Source of the DNA: Methanotrichaceae archaeon
GTDB taxonomy: Archaea; Halobacteriota; Methanosarcinia; Methanotrichales; Methanotrichaceae
DNA length: 64,000 bases
NCBI GenBank assembly: GCA_963754945.1
Contig: CAVWIG010000024.1
Coordinates: 32,001-96,000 of the forward strand
Reading direction: 5' to 3'
Positions 38,078 to 47,935 of this stretch are shown one piece after another (within the stretch, counting starts at the first letter, position 1; the number at the start of each line of letters is the position of its first letter). The translations under genes were made by a program, and so were the position numbers. The notes under the pieces are model-generated. The model was not told the DNA's origin, did not search any database, and saw only the letters and a program-made list of their open reading frames with translations.

Positions 38078-38163
38078 AATAAATGCACGGAATAAATATC
38101 ACATAGTGCTTGAGAAGCAATTAATAAGTCAGTATCACCTAAAAGACGATCCTTATCTTTTAT

Positions 38164-38314
38164 TTTAAAACGCAATACCCCGCAGCTTGCTGCGGCTGGG
38201 ATAAAGAGCATGTAACTCCAACTTAAGGATGCTTCAGATTTTGTAGAGCATTTTTATGCGTCGGCGGGAACATGCCCCGCTGCTTGCAGCGGGGTCCGCC
38301 GACGCAACGTTGAC
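38164..38314. mobile_element. Non-autonomous IS200/IS605-like hairpin element, copy 2
   Basis: Similar to 2905-3050; interrupts the PIN gene; no clear TSD. Confidence 0.75.
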
Positions 38315-38640
38315 TTTCGCCGCCAGTTTTAAAGAGTCTGATCTGGCAGGTTTAAGATCAATTTTTTCGCTTTCTAGTACTTCGAAAAATTCACCAATAG
38401 CTTCTTGATTATCGTTCTTATCGAGGTCTGCTTTTTTGTTCAAATTGTTTATTAATTCCCCAGCAACTACAAATGGAAATATGACAAAAATTTTTCTATT
38501 GCCATTTGCATGCGCAATTGCTTTTCTAACTTGTTCTTTTCTCCAATCATCCTCTTCTTTTTCCTGAATTAAATAAGATTGGAGATTTGAAGTATCAATG
38601 TATATATGCTGCTTATCTCCATTCGACGACATGATGCATA

Positions 38641-39138
38641 TCAGCTAGATCTTATCAGATTATATTCTTTTAGGTCATGGAATACATTCTCAATAAAGCA
38701 ATCTTTGTCATATTCGCTTTTTATATTTTTCGTTCTTTCTAGTAGAAGCGAAGCTATCTTATCTTCTTCGACCTTGTCCTTAACGTTATTATAGATCGAA
38801 AGCATCGTCGTTCCCACTTCTAGCCATTCTATATTCTTTTCTTGAATTGTCTGGGCGAATCTCTTCTTATCGCGACCAGCTAGACAATTTCTATCCTCCT
38901 CCAGAGAAGCGGGACTAATGTTAATTTTATAATAATCCTTAGCTAGATCAGGTGAATAAGGTCCCCTAATATAGATGTTGTAAGGATAATCATGATTCCA
39001 TCCTAGAAATCTAGCAATAAACACATATTTCTGTAGCATAACTCTATGGTCAAAGCTATTTACATCAAAGGCAAAACCCAAACCTTTTAGGAATTCAGCG
39101 AATGCCTTCAACTCAATAAATCTTGTGACCATATTCAT
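38641..39138 (-). CDS. YwgA/SocA-like putative antitoxin
   Basis: R..LQKYVF, YNIYIRGPYSPDL, WLEV..T motifs; directly upstream of the PIN gene; AT-rich. Confidence 0.6.
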   Translation of the reverse strand: MNMVTRFIELKAFAEFLKGLGFAFDVNSFDHRVMLQKYVFIARFLGWNHDYPYNIYIRGPYSPDLAKDYYKINISPASLEEDRNCLAGRDKKRFAQTIQEKNIEWLEVGTTMLSIYNNVKDKVEEDKIASLLLERTKNIKSEYDKDCFIENVFHDLKEYNLIRSS

Positions 39139-39430
39139 CTTCTCTTTTGTATCATGTGTAAAAGATGCATTGATATATACATCTTTGGGACACGGAAAAA
39201 GTAATCGACTGAATTTTAGGAGCAAAGGAGATTAACCTACATACAAAAAATTTATATTCCGTCCCCCTTTTTTAGTAACACTCATGACATACTCTAATTG
39301 CGACCACCATAACTGCCAACACATATATGCACCATATGAGTTTACAACAGAACCACCTACCAACGTCTTTATATAGAAGTTCAAATACCCGCTAAATTGT
39401 TTCGATAATACGAATATTGGAGGAAATTGA

Positions 39431-41071
39431 ATGGCTGGACAACTAGGTGGAACACCTGTACTCATTCTGAAGGAAGGCAGCCAGAGGACTGCCGGACGTG
39501 AGGCGCAGAGGTCGAACATCATGGCTGCCAAGGCTGTGGCCGGAGCAGTCAGGACAACCCTGGGCCCCAAGGGCATGGACAAGATGCTCGTTGACACCAT
39601 GGGCGATGTAGTAATCACCAACGACGGTGTCACCATCCTCAAGGAAATGGACATCGAGCACCCCGCGGCCAAGATGATGGTGGAGATCGCCAAGACCCAG
39701 GACGCTGAGGTTGGAGACGGAACCACCACAGCCGTTGTCGTTGCCGGAGAGCTGCTCAAGCAGGCAGAAGCCCTTCTGGACCAGGAGATTCACCCCACGG
39801 TGATTGCCGCCGGTTACAGAGATGCCACAGACAAGGCCATCGAGATCCTGAAGGCCATAGCCGTAAAGGTCACAGTCAAGGATGAAGCGCTGCTGAAGAA
39901 GATCGCAATCACGGCGATGACCGGCAAGGGGTCCGGCACATCCAGGGACGATCTGGCAGGTCTGGCTGTAAAGGCAGTCAAGGCAGTAATCGACGAGGAC
40001 GGAACAGTCGATACCGACAACATCACAATAGAGAAGAAGGTAGGCGCTGGAATCACCGACTCCCAGCTTGTTGAGGGCGTAGTGGTCGACAAGGAGAGGC
40101 TCCACCCCAATATGCCCAAAAAGGTAACTGACGCAAAGATCGCCCTGCTCAACGCTCCAGTGGAGATCGAGAAGACAGAGGTCGATGCGAAGATCGAGAT
40201 CACTTCCCCTGACCAGCTCCAGGCCTTCCTGGACCAGGAAGAGGTAATGCTCAAGGGCATGGTCGAGAACATCGTCAAGACCGGAGCTAACGTTGTCTTC
40301 GCCCAGAAGGGCATCGACGACCTGGCCCAGCACTTCCTGGCCAAGGCTGGAATATACACGGTTCGCCGCGTTAAGAAGAGCGACATGGAGAAGCTCGCGC
40401 GTGCAACAGGCGGCAGGATCGTCACCAGCATCCATGAGCTGTCCAAGGATGACCTCGGCAAGGCAGGCCTCGTCGAGGAGAGGAAGATCGGCGACGATAA
40501 GATGACCTTCGTTGAGGAGTGCACCAACCCCAAGTCAGTCTCCATCATCCTCCGCGGCGGCACCGAGCACGTCGTTGACGAACTTGAGAGGGCCATGAAC
40601 GATGCCCTTCGCGTTGTGGGCGTTGTCGTGGAGGACAAGATGCTCGTCCCAGGTGGCGGCGCCCCAGAGGTTGAGCTGGCCCTGAGGCTGCGGGAGTACG
40701 CGGCAACGGTTGGAGGCCGTGAGCAGCTAGCCATTGAGGCCTTTGCGGATGCCATGGAAGTAATCCCCAAGACTCTGGCCGAGAACGCTGGCCTGGACCA
40801 GATAGACTCTCTGGTATCCCTACGAAGCCAGCACGAGAAGGGCATAAAGAGCGCAGGCCTCGACATGGAGACCGGCAAGCCAGTGGACATGCTCAACCTC
40901 GGAGTTGTCGAACCCCTTAGGGTCAAGACCCAGGCAATCCAGTCTGCAGCCGAGGCGGCAGTCATGATCCTGAGGATCGATGATGTCATCGCCTCCAAGT
41001 CAGGCGGACCAGGCGGTATGCCAGGCGCTGGCGGCATGCCTGGCGGCATGGGCGGAGAGGACTTCGATTAA
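39431..41071 (+). CDS. ths: Thermosome (group II chaperonin) subunit
   Basis: [29 protein letters not shown]-rich tail; TTTATATA promoter at 39368. Confidence 0.98.
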   Translation: MAGQLGGTPVLILKEGSQRTAGREAQRSNIMAAKAVAGAVRTTLGPKGMDKMLVDTMGDVVITNDGVTILKEMDIEHPAAKMMVEIAKTQDAEVGDGTTTAVVVAGELLKQAEALLDQEIHPTVIAAGYRDATDKAIEILKAIAVKVTVKDEALLKKIAITAMTGKGSGTSRDDLAGLAVKAVKAVIDEDGTVDTDNITIEKKVGAGITDSQLVEGVVVDKERLHPNMPKKVTDAKIALLNAPVEIEKTEVDAKIEITSPDQLQAFLDQEEVMLKGMVENIVKTGANVVFAQKGIDDLAQHFLAKAGIYTVRRVKKSDMEKLARATGGRIVTSIHELSKDDLGKAGLVEERKIGDDKMTFVEECTNPKSVSIILRGGTEHVVDELERAMNDALRVVGVVVEDKMLVPGGGAPEVELALRLREYAATVGGREQLAIEAFADAMEVIPKTLAENAGLDQIDSLVSLRSQHEKGIKSAGLDMETGKPVDMLNLGVVEPLRVKTQAIQSAAEAAVMILRIDDVIASKSGGPGGMPGAGGMPGGMGGEDFD

Positions 41072-41258
41072 GCCCTAACTCCTCCTTTCGGTTTCGTCTT
41101 TTTTAGATTTTAGATTATATTTTATATTATATAAATGTATTTTTAGCGTAAATCATATCTCATATAAGTCATATAATCAGTTTTATATTTTGAGCCAAAG
41201 ACCGTTGGGCAAACTGCAAACGCAAAGATTATCATCTTCTCCAGACCTAAGTCAGCCA

Positions 41259-42173
41259 ATGGATCGCAAGCTTCTGATGAAAGGAAAAGTCAAGGCTGCC
41301 TACGATTTGGGCGATAAGTTGGAGTTCAGATTTACAGACAACATCTCTGTCTTCGACAAGGTTATCCCTAGCATAATCCCATACAAGGGGGAGACTCTCT
41401 GCAAAGAGGGCGTCTACTGGTTCAAACGAGCGAGCAGAATGGGGATCAGGAACCACTTCCTGGAGTATCTTCCACCCAACGGGATGCTTGTCAAGAAAGT
41501 TGACATCGTCAAGCCCGAGAAGATCACAGCAAATTCCAGATGCCACCTGATTCCCCTAGAGTTCATTTGCCGTTGGTACGTGGCTGGTTCCCTTCACGAC
41601 AGGATAAAAGCCGGAGAAGTCTCGCCGGAGGCCCTGGGCTTTGCCCCGGGTCATCGGGTCGAGTACGGCGAACCGCTGCCCGAGCCTTTCCTAGAGGTGT
41701 CGACCAAGCTCGAAAAGACCGACCGGCTTCTGGACAAAGCCAGCGCTCTACAGCTTTCGGGACTCTCACCCTCCGAATATGAGGATGCTCGAGAGATCGT
41801 GCTCCGGATAGACGAAGACATAAGAAAGAACGTTGAGCCTCGCGGTCTTATTCACGTTGACGGCAAGAAGGAGCTGGCCTTCGACGAGGAGCGTCAGATA
41901 ATGGTCGTAGACGTTTACGGGACAGCCGATGAGGACAGGTTTTGGGACAAGGCCGGGTACGATCAAGGAGAGTTCGTGGACCTATCCAAGGAGTACGTCC
42001 GCCAGTATTACCGCAAGACAGGATACAAGGACGATCTTTACGCTGCTAGATCGAAGGGACTGGCCGAGCCGAACATACCCAGCCTGCCAGCTGAGGTCAT
42101 AGATCAGACCAGTAAGATCTACGTAGAGCTGTACGAGAGGATCACCGGGGAGAGCTTCAAACCAGCAGGCTGA
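41259..42173 (+). CDS. purC: SAICAR synthetase
   Basis: GKVK..Y, ISVFD, IP.KG, IPLEFICR.Y..GS, VDGK.E, DEDRFW, LSKEYVR. Confidence 0.93.
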   Translation: MDRKLLMKGKVKAAYDLGDKLEFRFTDNISVFDKVIPSIIPYKGETLCKEGVYWFKRASRMGIRNHFLEYLPPNGMLVKKVDIVKPEKITANSRCHLIPLEFICRWYVAGSLHDRIKAGEVSPEALGFAPGHRVEYGEPLPEPFLEVSTKLEKTDRLLDKASALQLSGLSPSEYEDAREIVLRIDEDIRKNVEPRGLIHVDGKKELAFDEERQIMVVDVYGTADEDRFWDKAGYDQGEFVDLSKEYVRQYYRKTGYKDDLYAARSKGLAEPNIPSLPAEVIDQTSKIYVELYERITGESFKPAG

Positions 42174-42320
42174 TCTGGGACGCCAGGTGTTAGTGCAATC
42201 GACAGAAGGAAGCGCGAAATCGCAAGAGATTTAAGCCTGTGCTCTAATTCATAAAGTGCAAGAGAAGCCGGACTGGCGCAGATTGCCGTCCGGGCAATTT
42301 ATGTCATTGGAGATAATGAG

Positions 42321-43253
42321 ATGAAGAGATTTATATTGGCTTTGGCCATAATCACTGTGGCTTTCTCCGGCTGCACAGAGAAGGCACCCAGTTCTGATGT
42401 AATCAAGACCGCGTTGAATCATTCTACAGCAAACCTCAGCGCCTACGGTTTTACAATATCGAACAACCAGACGGGATCCATAAGGGATCTGGTAAAAAAT
42501 AATATCACTAACAGTTACAATACAACTTCACGCTCGGACGATACGAAGGTTACTGCATCCATCGATCTGGCGGGCCGGAAGGCTGAGGCGGCCATCTCCA
42601 CTACGACCATTGTAAAAGGCTCATCAGGGTCGCCAGTCGTGGGTAACACTGAGAGCACTGAGTACAACGTAGGAAACATCACCTATGTCTTCCAGAACGG
42701 CAACTGGACGGTGCTGAAGGCCCCAGAATCGGCAGAGGCCATTTGGGCAAGAGGGAGCTTCGATCTAATGAAGTCAAGGGCGGTCTCCATTAATCAGACC
42801 CAGGCGGATGTAATAGGATCTGAGAGCATCGATGGAAAAGACTGTTACAAACTCCGGCTGATCTTGGACAACCAGACCTATTTGGGAACTGAGTATAACC
42901 TGCTTGTCCGCGCTCTGTACCCCTTCGTGCCCGAGGCCAACCAGACCGACCTGCTCAAGAGCAGCAAAAATGAGAACACGGTGTGGGTAGAGAAGGACAA
43001 TAACCTGCTCAAGAAATACCAGCAGACTATGAACATACAAATGGTACCAAACATCATTGGTGTCGTCGATAGCAAAGGAAACATCCAGAAGCTCAACCAG
43101 ACTATGAAGCTGGTCGAAGTAACACTTGCCTCAGACAGCATTGAGACGTACACCGATTATAACAAGCCAGTAGTTATAATTGTGCCGAAAGCTGCCTTGA
43201 ACGCCACCCAGATCATGCCCACACCGATACAGGCTGCCACAATCACCGGATAG
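42321..43253 (+). CDS. Putative lipoprotein with many N-glycosylation sequons
   Basis: Lipobox FSGC; GSESIDGKDCY..; VWVEKD..L. Confidence 0.75.
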   Translation: MKRFILALAIITVAFSGCTEKAPSSDVIKTALNHSTANLSAYGFTISNNQTGSIRDLVKNNITNSYNTTSRSDDTKVTASIDLAGRKAEAAISTTTIVKGSSGSPVVGNTESTEYNVGNITYVFQNGNWTVLKAPESAEAIWARGSFDLMKSRAVSINQTQADVIGSESIDGKDCYKLRLILDNQTYLGTEYNLLVRALYPFVPEANQTDLLKSSKNENTVWVEKDNNLLKKYQQTMNIQMVPNIIGVVDSKGNIQKLNQTMKLVEVTLASDSIETYTDYNKPVVIIVPKAALNATQIMPTPIQAATITG

Positions 43254-43256
43254 AGT

Positions 43257-43709
43257 ATGACGGAATCCCTGGATTGGCTCTTCCTCAAGGAAAAGCCAAC
43301 CCTTGCATTACTGGCGGTAGAGGAGCTCGATCCGGCTTACGCGTCCTTGGTGTCCAAACGGATCGACTCCACCTTTCCCTACACTTCTAGCATACTTTCC
43401 CAGTTGGAAGAGCAAGGGCTCATCCGTGCTCGCCCGGAAGGACGGGTCAGGTACTTAGAGCTAACATCCCGGGGCAGAAAGATAACCATCGGCCTGAAAT
43501 CCCTATTAGATGCGCTAATGGCACCCGGAGTCCACCAACGAAAGGCGGAACGACTCAGAGAGCTCATCGGTTCGGGGAATAACGGCTCGGAGCTGGTACT
43601 TGGCCCTCTGCGTCGAGACGTCTCCAAGCTGAAAGGCCTGGGGGACGAGGAGCTGATTAGAACCGCCGATGAGCTGGACAGGATAATCCAATCGGCCCTC
43701 CACAAGTAA
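43257..43709 (+). CDS. Winged-helix (MarR-like) regulator
   Basis: YAS.VSK.IDST.....IL..LE..GLI...GRVRYLELT.RG. Confidence 0.8.
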   Translation: MTESLDWLFLKEKPTLALLAVEELDPAYASLVSKRIDSTFPYTSSILSQLEEQGLIRARPEGRVRYLELTSRGRKITIGLKSLLDALMAPGVHQRKAERLRELIGSGNNGSELVLGPLRRDVSKLKGLGDEELIRTADELDRIIQSALHK

Positions 43710-44069
43710 GCTAAGTCTGCATCAAGAACTAAGTTGAATCGACAAAAAGATCGAAGATAATACCCAAAGTCCGAATGGTATATCTACAGCCCGTTCGGCC
43801 TGTCGATCCGGAAGTGTTGAATCTCCTAATGCAGAGCCTGTCCTCATTCTATCCAACGAAGCTTCTACCCCGATTGAAGTTCCTCAAAAAGCGTATGAGA
43901 AAACACATGCAATAAGATGAGCATTTGCTTGCGACCGATTAAGCATCCGACAAGACCGCTACGAGCAGGTTGTCGAAGCCGTTCATGCGAGGTGATAGGA
44001 GACAGCTCTCGAAGGTTACAGTCTTCCGAACCCCTCTATTAGGTCTGTTGAGATGTCCAAGACCGGTGT

Positions 44070-44500
44070 GTAGGCCTCGCTCGACCCACCCCCCCCCCGA
44101 CCTGGCTGTCCTTTTTCAACAAGACCGAAATCCTGCACATATTCAACTGCTTGGAGATTATTCGAATTGATTCACGGTCTCTGGTCTATGTTCGAAAGCC
44201 GCTAGAATTCCTGGCCTTCCAAGATCTGCCCTGGTGCAGGAGTTCAACTAACTGTTGGTTGAATTGTCTGGAACCATGTAAGTTGGGCTGGAAGAATGAC
44301 TCATTACTAAGCCTGAAGGTTCAATCTCCTTCTTTTCGAGCATCAGAGATTTGAGCTTGACCTCCCCTTGCTGTTTCGGATCTCTTCCCGAAGCTGCAAG
44401 AGTTCTTGGTTATATCGCTTCGAGGTCTGGTCCTGATCACTATCGAGGCGTAGCTCTACAGTCTATATACGAATTTTGAAAGTGAGATACTGCTCGCTTG
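44070..44500 (-). pseudogene. Degraded gene remnant (coiled coil plus winged-helix-like end)
   Basis: Protein-like pieces in shifting frames: QELLQLREEI, GEVKLKSLMLEK, QLVELLHQGRSW, IRIISKQL, QDFGLVEK; several stops. Confidence 0.4.
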
Positions 44501-44642
44501 GAAAGTTTCTTCCTATCGTTCTGGATCGTTCTCCGATGAAAGATAAATGTCACAATACCTATTCTTGAATTTATATAGTCGATACCGCACATACACCAAC
44601 CCTAATAGAACTTGGAGAATATAATTGGTGCCGGTAGAATAT

Positions 44643-45440
44643 CTAAATAATTTTTTTAATTCTTACCTGAAAGGATTCACCGGCCGCCTCCAGGGACGAT
44701 CGCAAACTCCTGATCTGCATTGGACTGGCAGGGATAAGATCCCGGAGCCTCATCTCCTCTGTCTTGGGATAACGTAGCAATCGGGAATGGTCGCCTGATA
44801 TACTGTAGTGATAATGGCCGTAGGCCACAGTAAAAGCATAGGCCAGGAGCTTCTCAGCCCTTCTCGACGAGGTATAAACCACCTGATTGGGATCGTGTCT
44901 AACTCTGGCTTTATCTCTGAACAGCTTTAGAGAAAGATCGTAATCGTCCAGAAGGGAGATGTCGCTGTGGCCCCCGATCTGCCTGTATGTTCCGGCTCGC
45001 ACAGCCATGTTCGATCCCAGGATGTAGTAGAAGTTAGACAGGTAAAATATCCTGTACATACTACGCCATCTCTGAATGAGCTCGGATTTCACTCCCTGAT
45101 CCTGGTAGACGACAGGACCGGTGCTTGCATCATATCGATCCAGATTATAGCTTATAGCCTCAAGCCAGCCCTCGGAAACGATCGTGTCCGCATCCGTAAA
45201 CGCCAGCTTGTCCCCATAAGCAGCCTTCGCTCCATCCCTTCTAGCTCCGCCTATGCCCGGGCTTGTCTGAAAGACCACCTTGTCCGCAAGCTCACGGGCG
45301 ATGGACGCGGTGCGGTCCTGAGAGCCACCATCAACTACTACGACCTCGTAGTCCTCAGAAGGACTCTGTTCTGAGATGGATCTCAGGCATGCCTCGATGC
45401 CCGATTCCTCATTGAGGGCTGGTAGTATTACGGAAATCAC
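44643..45440 (-). CDS. Glycosyltransferase family 2
   Basis: ISVILPALNEE, VVVDGGSQD.T, FTDADT, GSNMA. Confidence 0.92.
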   Translation of the reverse strand: MISVILPALNEESGIEACLRSISEQSPSEDYEVVVVDGGSQDRTASIARELADKVVFQTSPGIGGARRDGAKAAYGDKLAFTDADTIVSEGWLEAISYNLDRYDASTGPVVYQDQGVKSELIQRWRSMYRIFYLSNFYYILGSNMAVRAGTYRQIGGHSDISLLDDYDLSLKLFRDKARVRHDPNQVVYTSSRRAEKLLAYAFTVAYGHYHYSISGDHSRLLRYPKTEEMRLRDLIPASPMQIRSLRSSLEAAGESFQVRIKKII

Positions 45441-46230
45441 GAATTAAGCTCCTGCAAGAGTAGGCTGGATAGACTAACAAGTACCAGCCCAGAGCGGTTA
45501 CGGCCCAGAAGGGCAGCGGTTTTGTTCCTGCCATGAACATCAACAGGATGATGGAGAACACGGCAGCGGAACCCAGTAGCAGCAGGCCATTTCTCCGCCC
45601 AATAAAGGTTACTGTGGTCCTGGTGGACAGTACATCCTCTTCGTACTCAACCACTTGGTGAGCTATCAAGGCCTCAGCTCCCAGGATAAATGGAAATGAG
45701 GAAGCCAAAAGGATCTCAGGTGGTATGCTGCCCTTGGAAAGGGCGAAACCTGTTAGAAATGGAACTGCTCCGAACATGAGTCCGTGGGTTATTATGTCCA
45801 GGAAGAACTTCTCTTTGAGGCGTATGCCCCCTGAATAGGCTGTGAACAGAATTAGGTTCAGCAGGACAAGGCAGAATCCAAGATAGCTCATCTCAAGGGA
45901 GATCAGTGCTATTACGATCTGGAATAACATCATCAACACAACACCACTTCGGCCAACAGACCCTGAAGCCAGAGGATTCTTGTTGGACTCCATTTTTCCG
46001 ACGTGTTGCCTGTCGATTTCAACATCGAAATAGTTGTTGACTGTAAAGGCGTAGCCTATGAGGGCAAAGTATATTACGAAAACCAGAATAATTTGAGAGT
46101 GCACTGCACCGGCTAACAGAGCGCCGGCCAAGGGCGCTGCTATGTAGAACTTAATCCAGTCGCCGATGCGAAGCATCCTAAGATACTCATGCATTCTCAT
46201 ATCAATCTTATTTTCCTCCGAAACGCCCAC
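45409..46230 (-). CDS. UbiA-family prenyltransferase
   Basis: NNYFDVEID, NPLASG, AYS..IRLK, second acidic motif EYEED; multiple TMs. Confidence 0.88.
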   Translation of the reverse strand: MGVSEENKIDMRMHEYLRMLRIGDWIKFYIAAPLAGALLAGAVHSQIILVFVIYFALIGYAFTVNNYFDVEIDRQHVGKMESNKNPLASGSVGRSGVVLMMLFQIVIALISLEMSYLGFCLVLLNLILFTAYSGGIRLKEKFFLDIITHGLMFGAVPFLTGFALSKGSIPPEILLASSFPFILGAEALIAHQVVEYEEDVLSTRTTVTFIGRRNGLLLLGSAAVFSIILLMFMAGTKPLPFWAVTALGWYLLVYPAYSCRSLIRDFRNTTSPQ

Positions 46231-46279
46231 GTTCTACCCGGATGAGTGCCTCAAAGAACAGTTTCGGTTCTATAACAAT

Positions 46280-47773
46280 CTACCTACTGGCCTCAGCCGA
46301 AAACCGATCCTCAACCTCATTTCGGTGTACTGTGTTGTAGGCACAGAAGGGTATTATCCTGCCGTCAGGGGTGGCGTAGTGTACACCGCACCTCCGAAGC
46401 CTCTCAAGGTCCATGTTGTATCGGTCCTGGAAGTGCATAGCCCCCAGAAATAGAGACTTGTTGTGGAACTCTCTAATAGACTGTCTTGTGCCGTTCCAGA
46501 AAACGCTGAGGAGCATCTTGGTCACATTAAGGTCCCGAGGTGCCTTGGCCTCATCAGCAAACCTTGACAGCTCTTTGAGTATCGCGCCTCTCTTTTTCAG
46601 TTTGCTCAGGCCGGACCCAACATAGTTCTCTGCCTCCTCGGCGATGCGTTCCATCAGTCCTTCTACGTCGAGGAACCTGTTGATGGGGGTCATCTTGCCG
46701 TCCATGCAGTAGATATAGGTGGCAGCCCCACAACATGGGTGGACTGTGAAAACCGGCTGGGGGCGCTGTGTCTCGGCTGCTATGAGCCTGGATATGGGAG
46801 CTACGAAAGGAACAGGATAGAAGTCCTCCCTGGTTATCTCATTGTTCGTCTGTTCCTCGACCAAAGTCAGAAAATCGGGGATCGTTATTCTCTTTTCCGA
46901 TCTCTCTTTCTGATCGATCCTCCCGGCGAAGGAGACCGGCTGAACATTGATTCCCTTGATGACATCCAGGTTCTTGGAGGCGAACCTGATTATGTCCCCC
47001 ATCTGATCGTCATTGACGCCCTTTGCTAGCGTGGGGACTAAGACTATGCTCGTCTGGCTAGCCTTTCTGAAGTTCTCGATTGCTTTGAGCTTAATGGGCA
47101 GGAGATTTCTGCCCCTCATCATCTTGTAAGGCCTGGAACTAAGTCCGTCAAATTGGAGATAGACTGTGCTCAATCCAGCCTGTTCCAGGCTTTGGCAGAG
47201 CTTCAAATCAGCTGAAAGCATTATTCCATTGGTCGCAATCTGAACCTGGGTAAAGCCTAATCCTTTGGCCAAGGCTACTATTTCGGGCAAATCCCATCTC
47301 AAGGTCGGTTCACCCCCAGAGAACTGGATAGCCGAGCATGGCACAGGCCTCTGTGATCGCAGGTTCTGCAACATAGCCGTTATCTGATCGATTGTTGGCT
47401 CCAAAATCCGGCCCCCGGAGTTTGCAAAGCATACAGGGCAGGACATGTTGCACCTATTTGTCAGGTCGACGTTTGCTAGAAGAGTACCTGTTAGGTGTTT
47501 CTCGCACAATCCGCAGTCGAAAGGGCAGCCCCTCTCGGACGTGGTCGGGTCCTCGATGCCTGAGCCCTCACAGAAGTACCTGTAGAACTTCCTGTACAGT
47601 GCAGCATCCGACCAGTAGAGATCCTTGAACTCGCCGTGGATCTGGCACTCCTTCTCGATGAAGACCTTCTCTCCTTCCTGGAATATGTGAGCCTTTATAA
47701 CCTTGAGACATACTGGACAAACGGACGAAACAGTCCTATCGATGGCTGTTAGATCGGAAGTAGTGAGTTCCAT
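46280..47773 (-). CDS. tes: Radical SAM protein of the tetraether synthase (Tes/GDGT-MAS, MJ0619) family
   Basis: N-terminal CPVC...C..HG, CPFDCGLC..H, CNMSCPVCFA, QFSGGEPT, YLQFDG, HPCCG, RC..HYATPDGRIIPFCAYN. Confidence 0.8.
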   Translation of the reverse strand: MELTTSDLTAIDRTVSSVCPVCLKVIKAHIFQEGEKVFIEKECQIHGEFKDLYWSDAALYRKFYRYFCEGSGIEDPTTSERGCPFDCGLCEKHLTGTLLANVDLTNRCNMSCPVCFANSGGRILEPTIDQITAMLQNLRSQRPVPCSAIQFSGGEPTLRWDLPEIVALAKGLGFTQVQIATNGIMLSADLKLCQSLEQAGLSTVYLQFDGLSSRPYKMMRGRNLLPIKLKAIENFRKASQTSIVLVPTLAKGVNDDQMGDIIRFASKNLDVIKGINVQPVSFAGRIDQKERSEKRITIPDFLTLVEEQTNNEITREDFYPVPFVAPISRLIAAETQRPQPVFTVHPCCGAATYIYCMDGKMTPINRFLDVEGLMERIAEEAENYVGSGLSKLKKRGAILKELSRFADEAKAPRDLNVTKMLLSVFWNGTRQSIREFHNKSLFLGAMHFQDRYNMDLERLRRCGVHYATPDGRIIPFCAYNTVHRNEVEDRFSAEASR

Positions 47774-47935
47774 TGCAATGCATTAGTTCTTTTAAAGGAT
47801 AGAGTATAAAGATTATGCCCAAACGTCTTTTCATGATGTTGGAATCTATTGAGATCGAAGGGATGCAAGGGCCTGGGTTGATATATCTAAAATTTAGAAG
47901 AATAAAATGATCTTGATCGACCCTTTAACCGATGA

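Larger units (their letters stand above)
35612..38632 (-). pseudogene. PIN-domain gene broken by three insertions (pieces about 38632-38315, 38163-38078, 36808-36801, 35706-35612)
   Basis: Removing the elements and one copy of each TSD restores one frame: IYIDTS...AGEL...LAAK-IKDKDRLLGDTDLLIASQALCDIYSVHLLMHDKKII...SDSIK*. Confidence 0.8.

Noticed and set aside
39443-41049. Long antisense ORFs (330 and 411 aa) over the thermosome, and similar ones over metG, radA and cbiP
   Set aside because: Shadow frames from GC3-biased codon usage; no motifs
42264-42293. Hairpin in the 5' UTR of the lipoprotein gene
   Set aside because: Single stem that does not cover the start region; no second copy or other support
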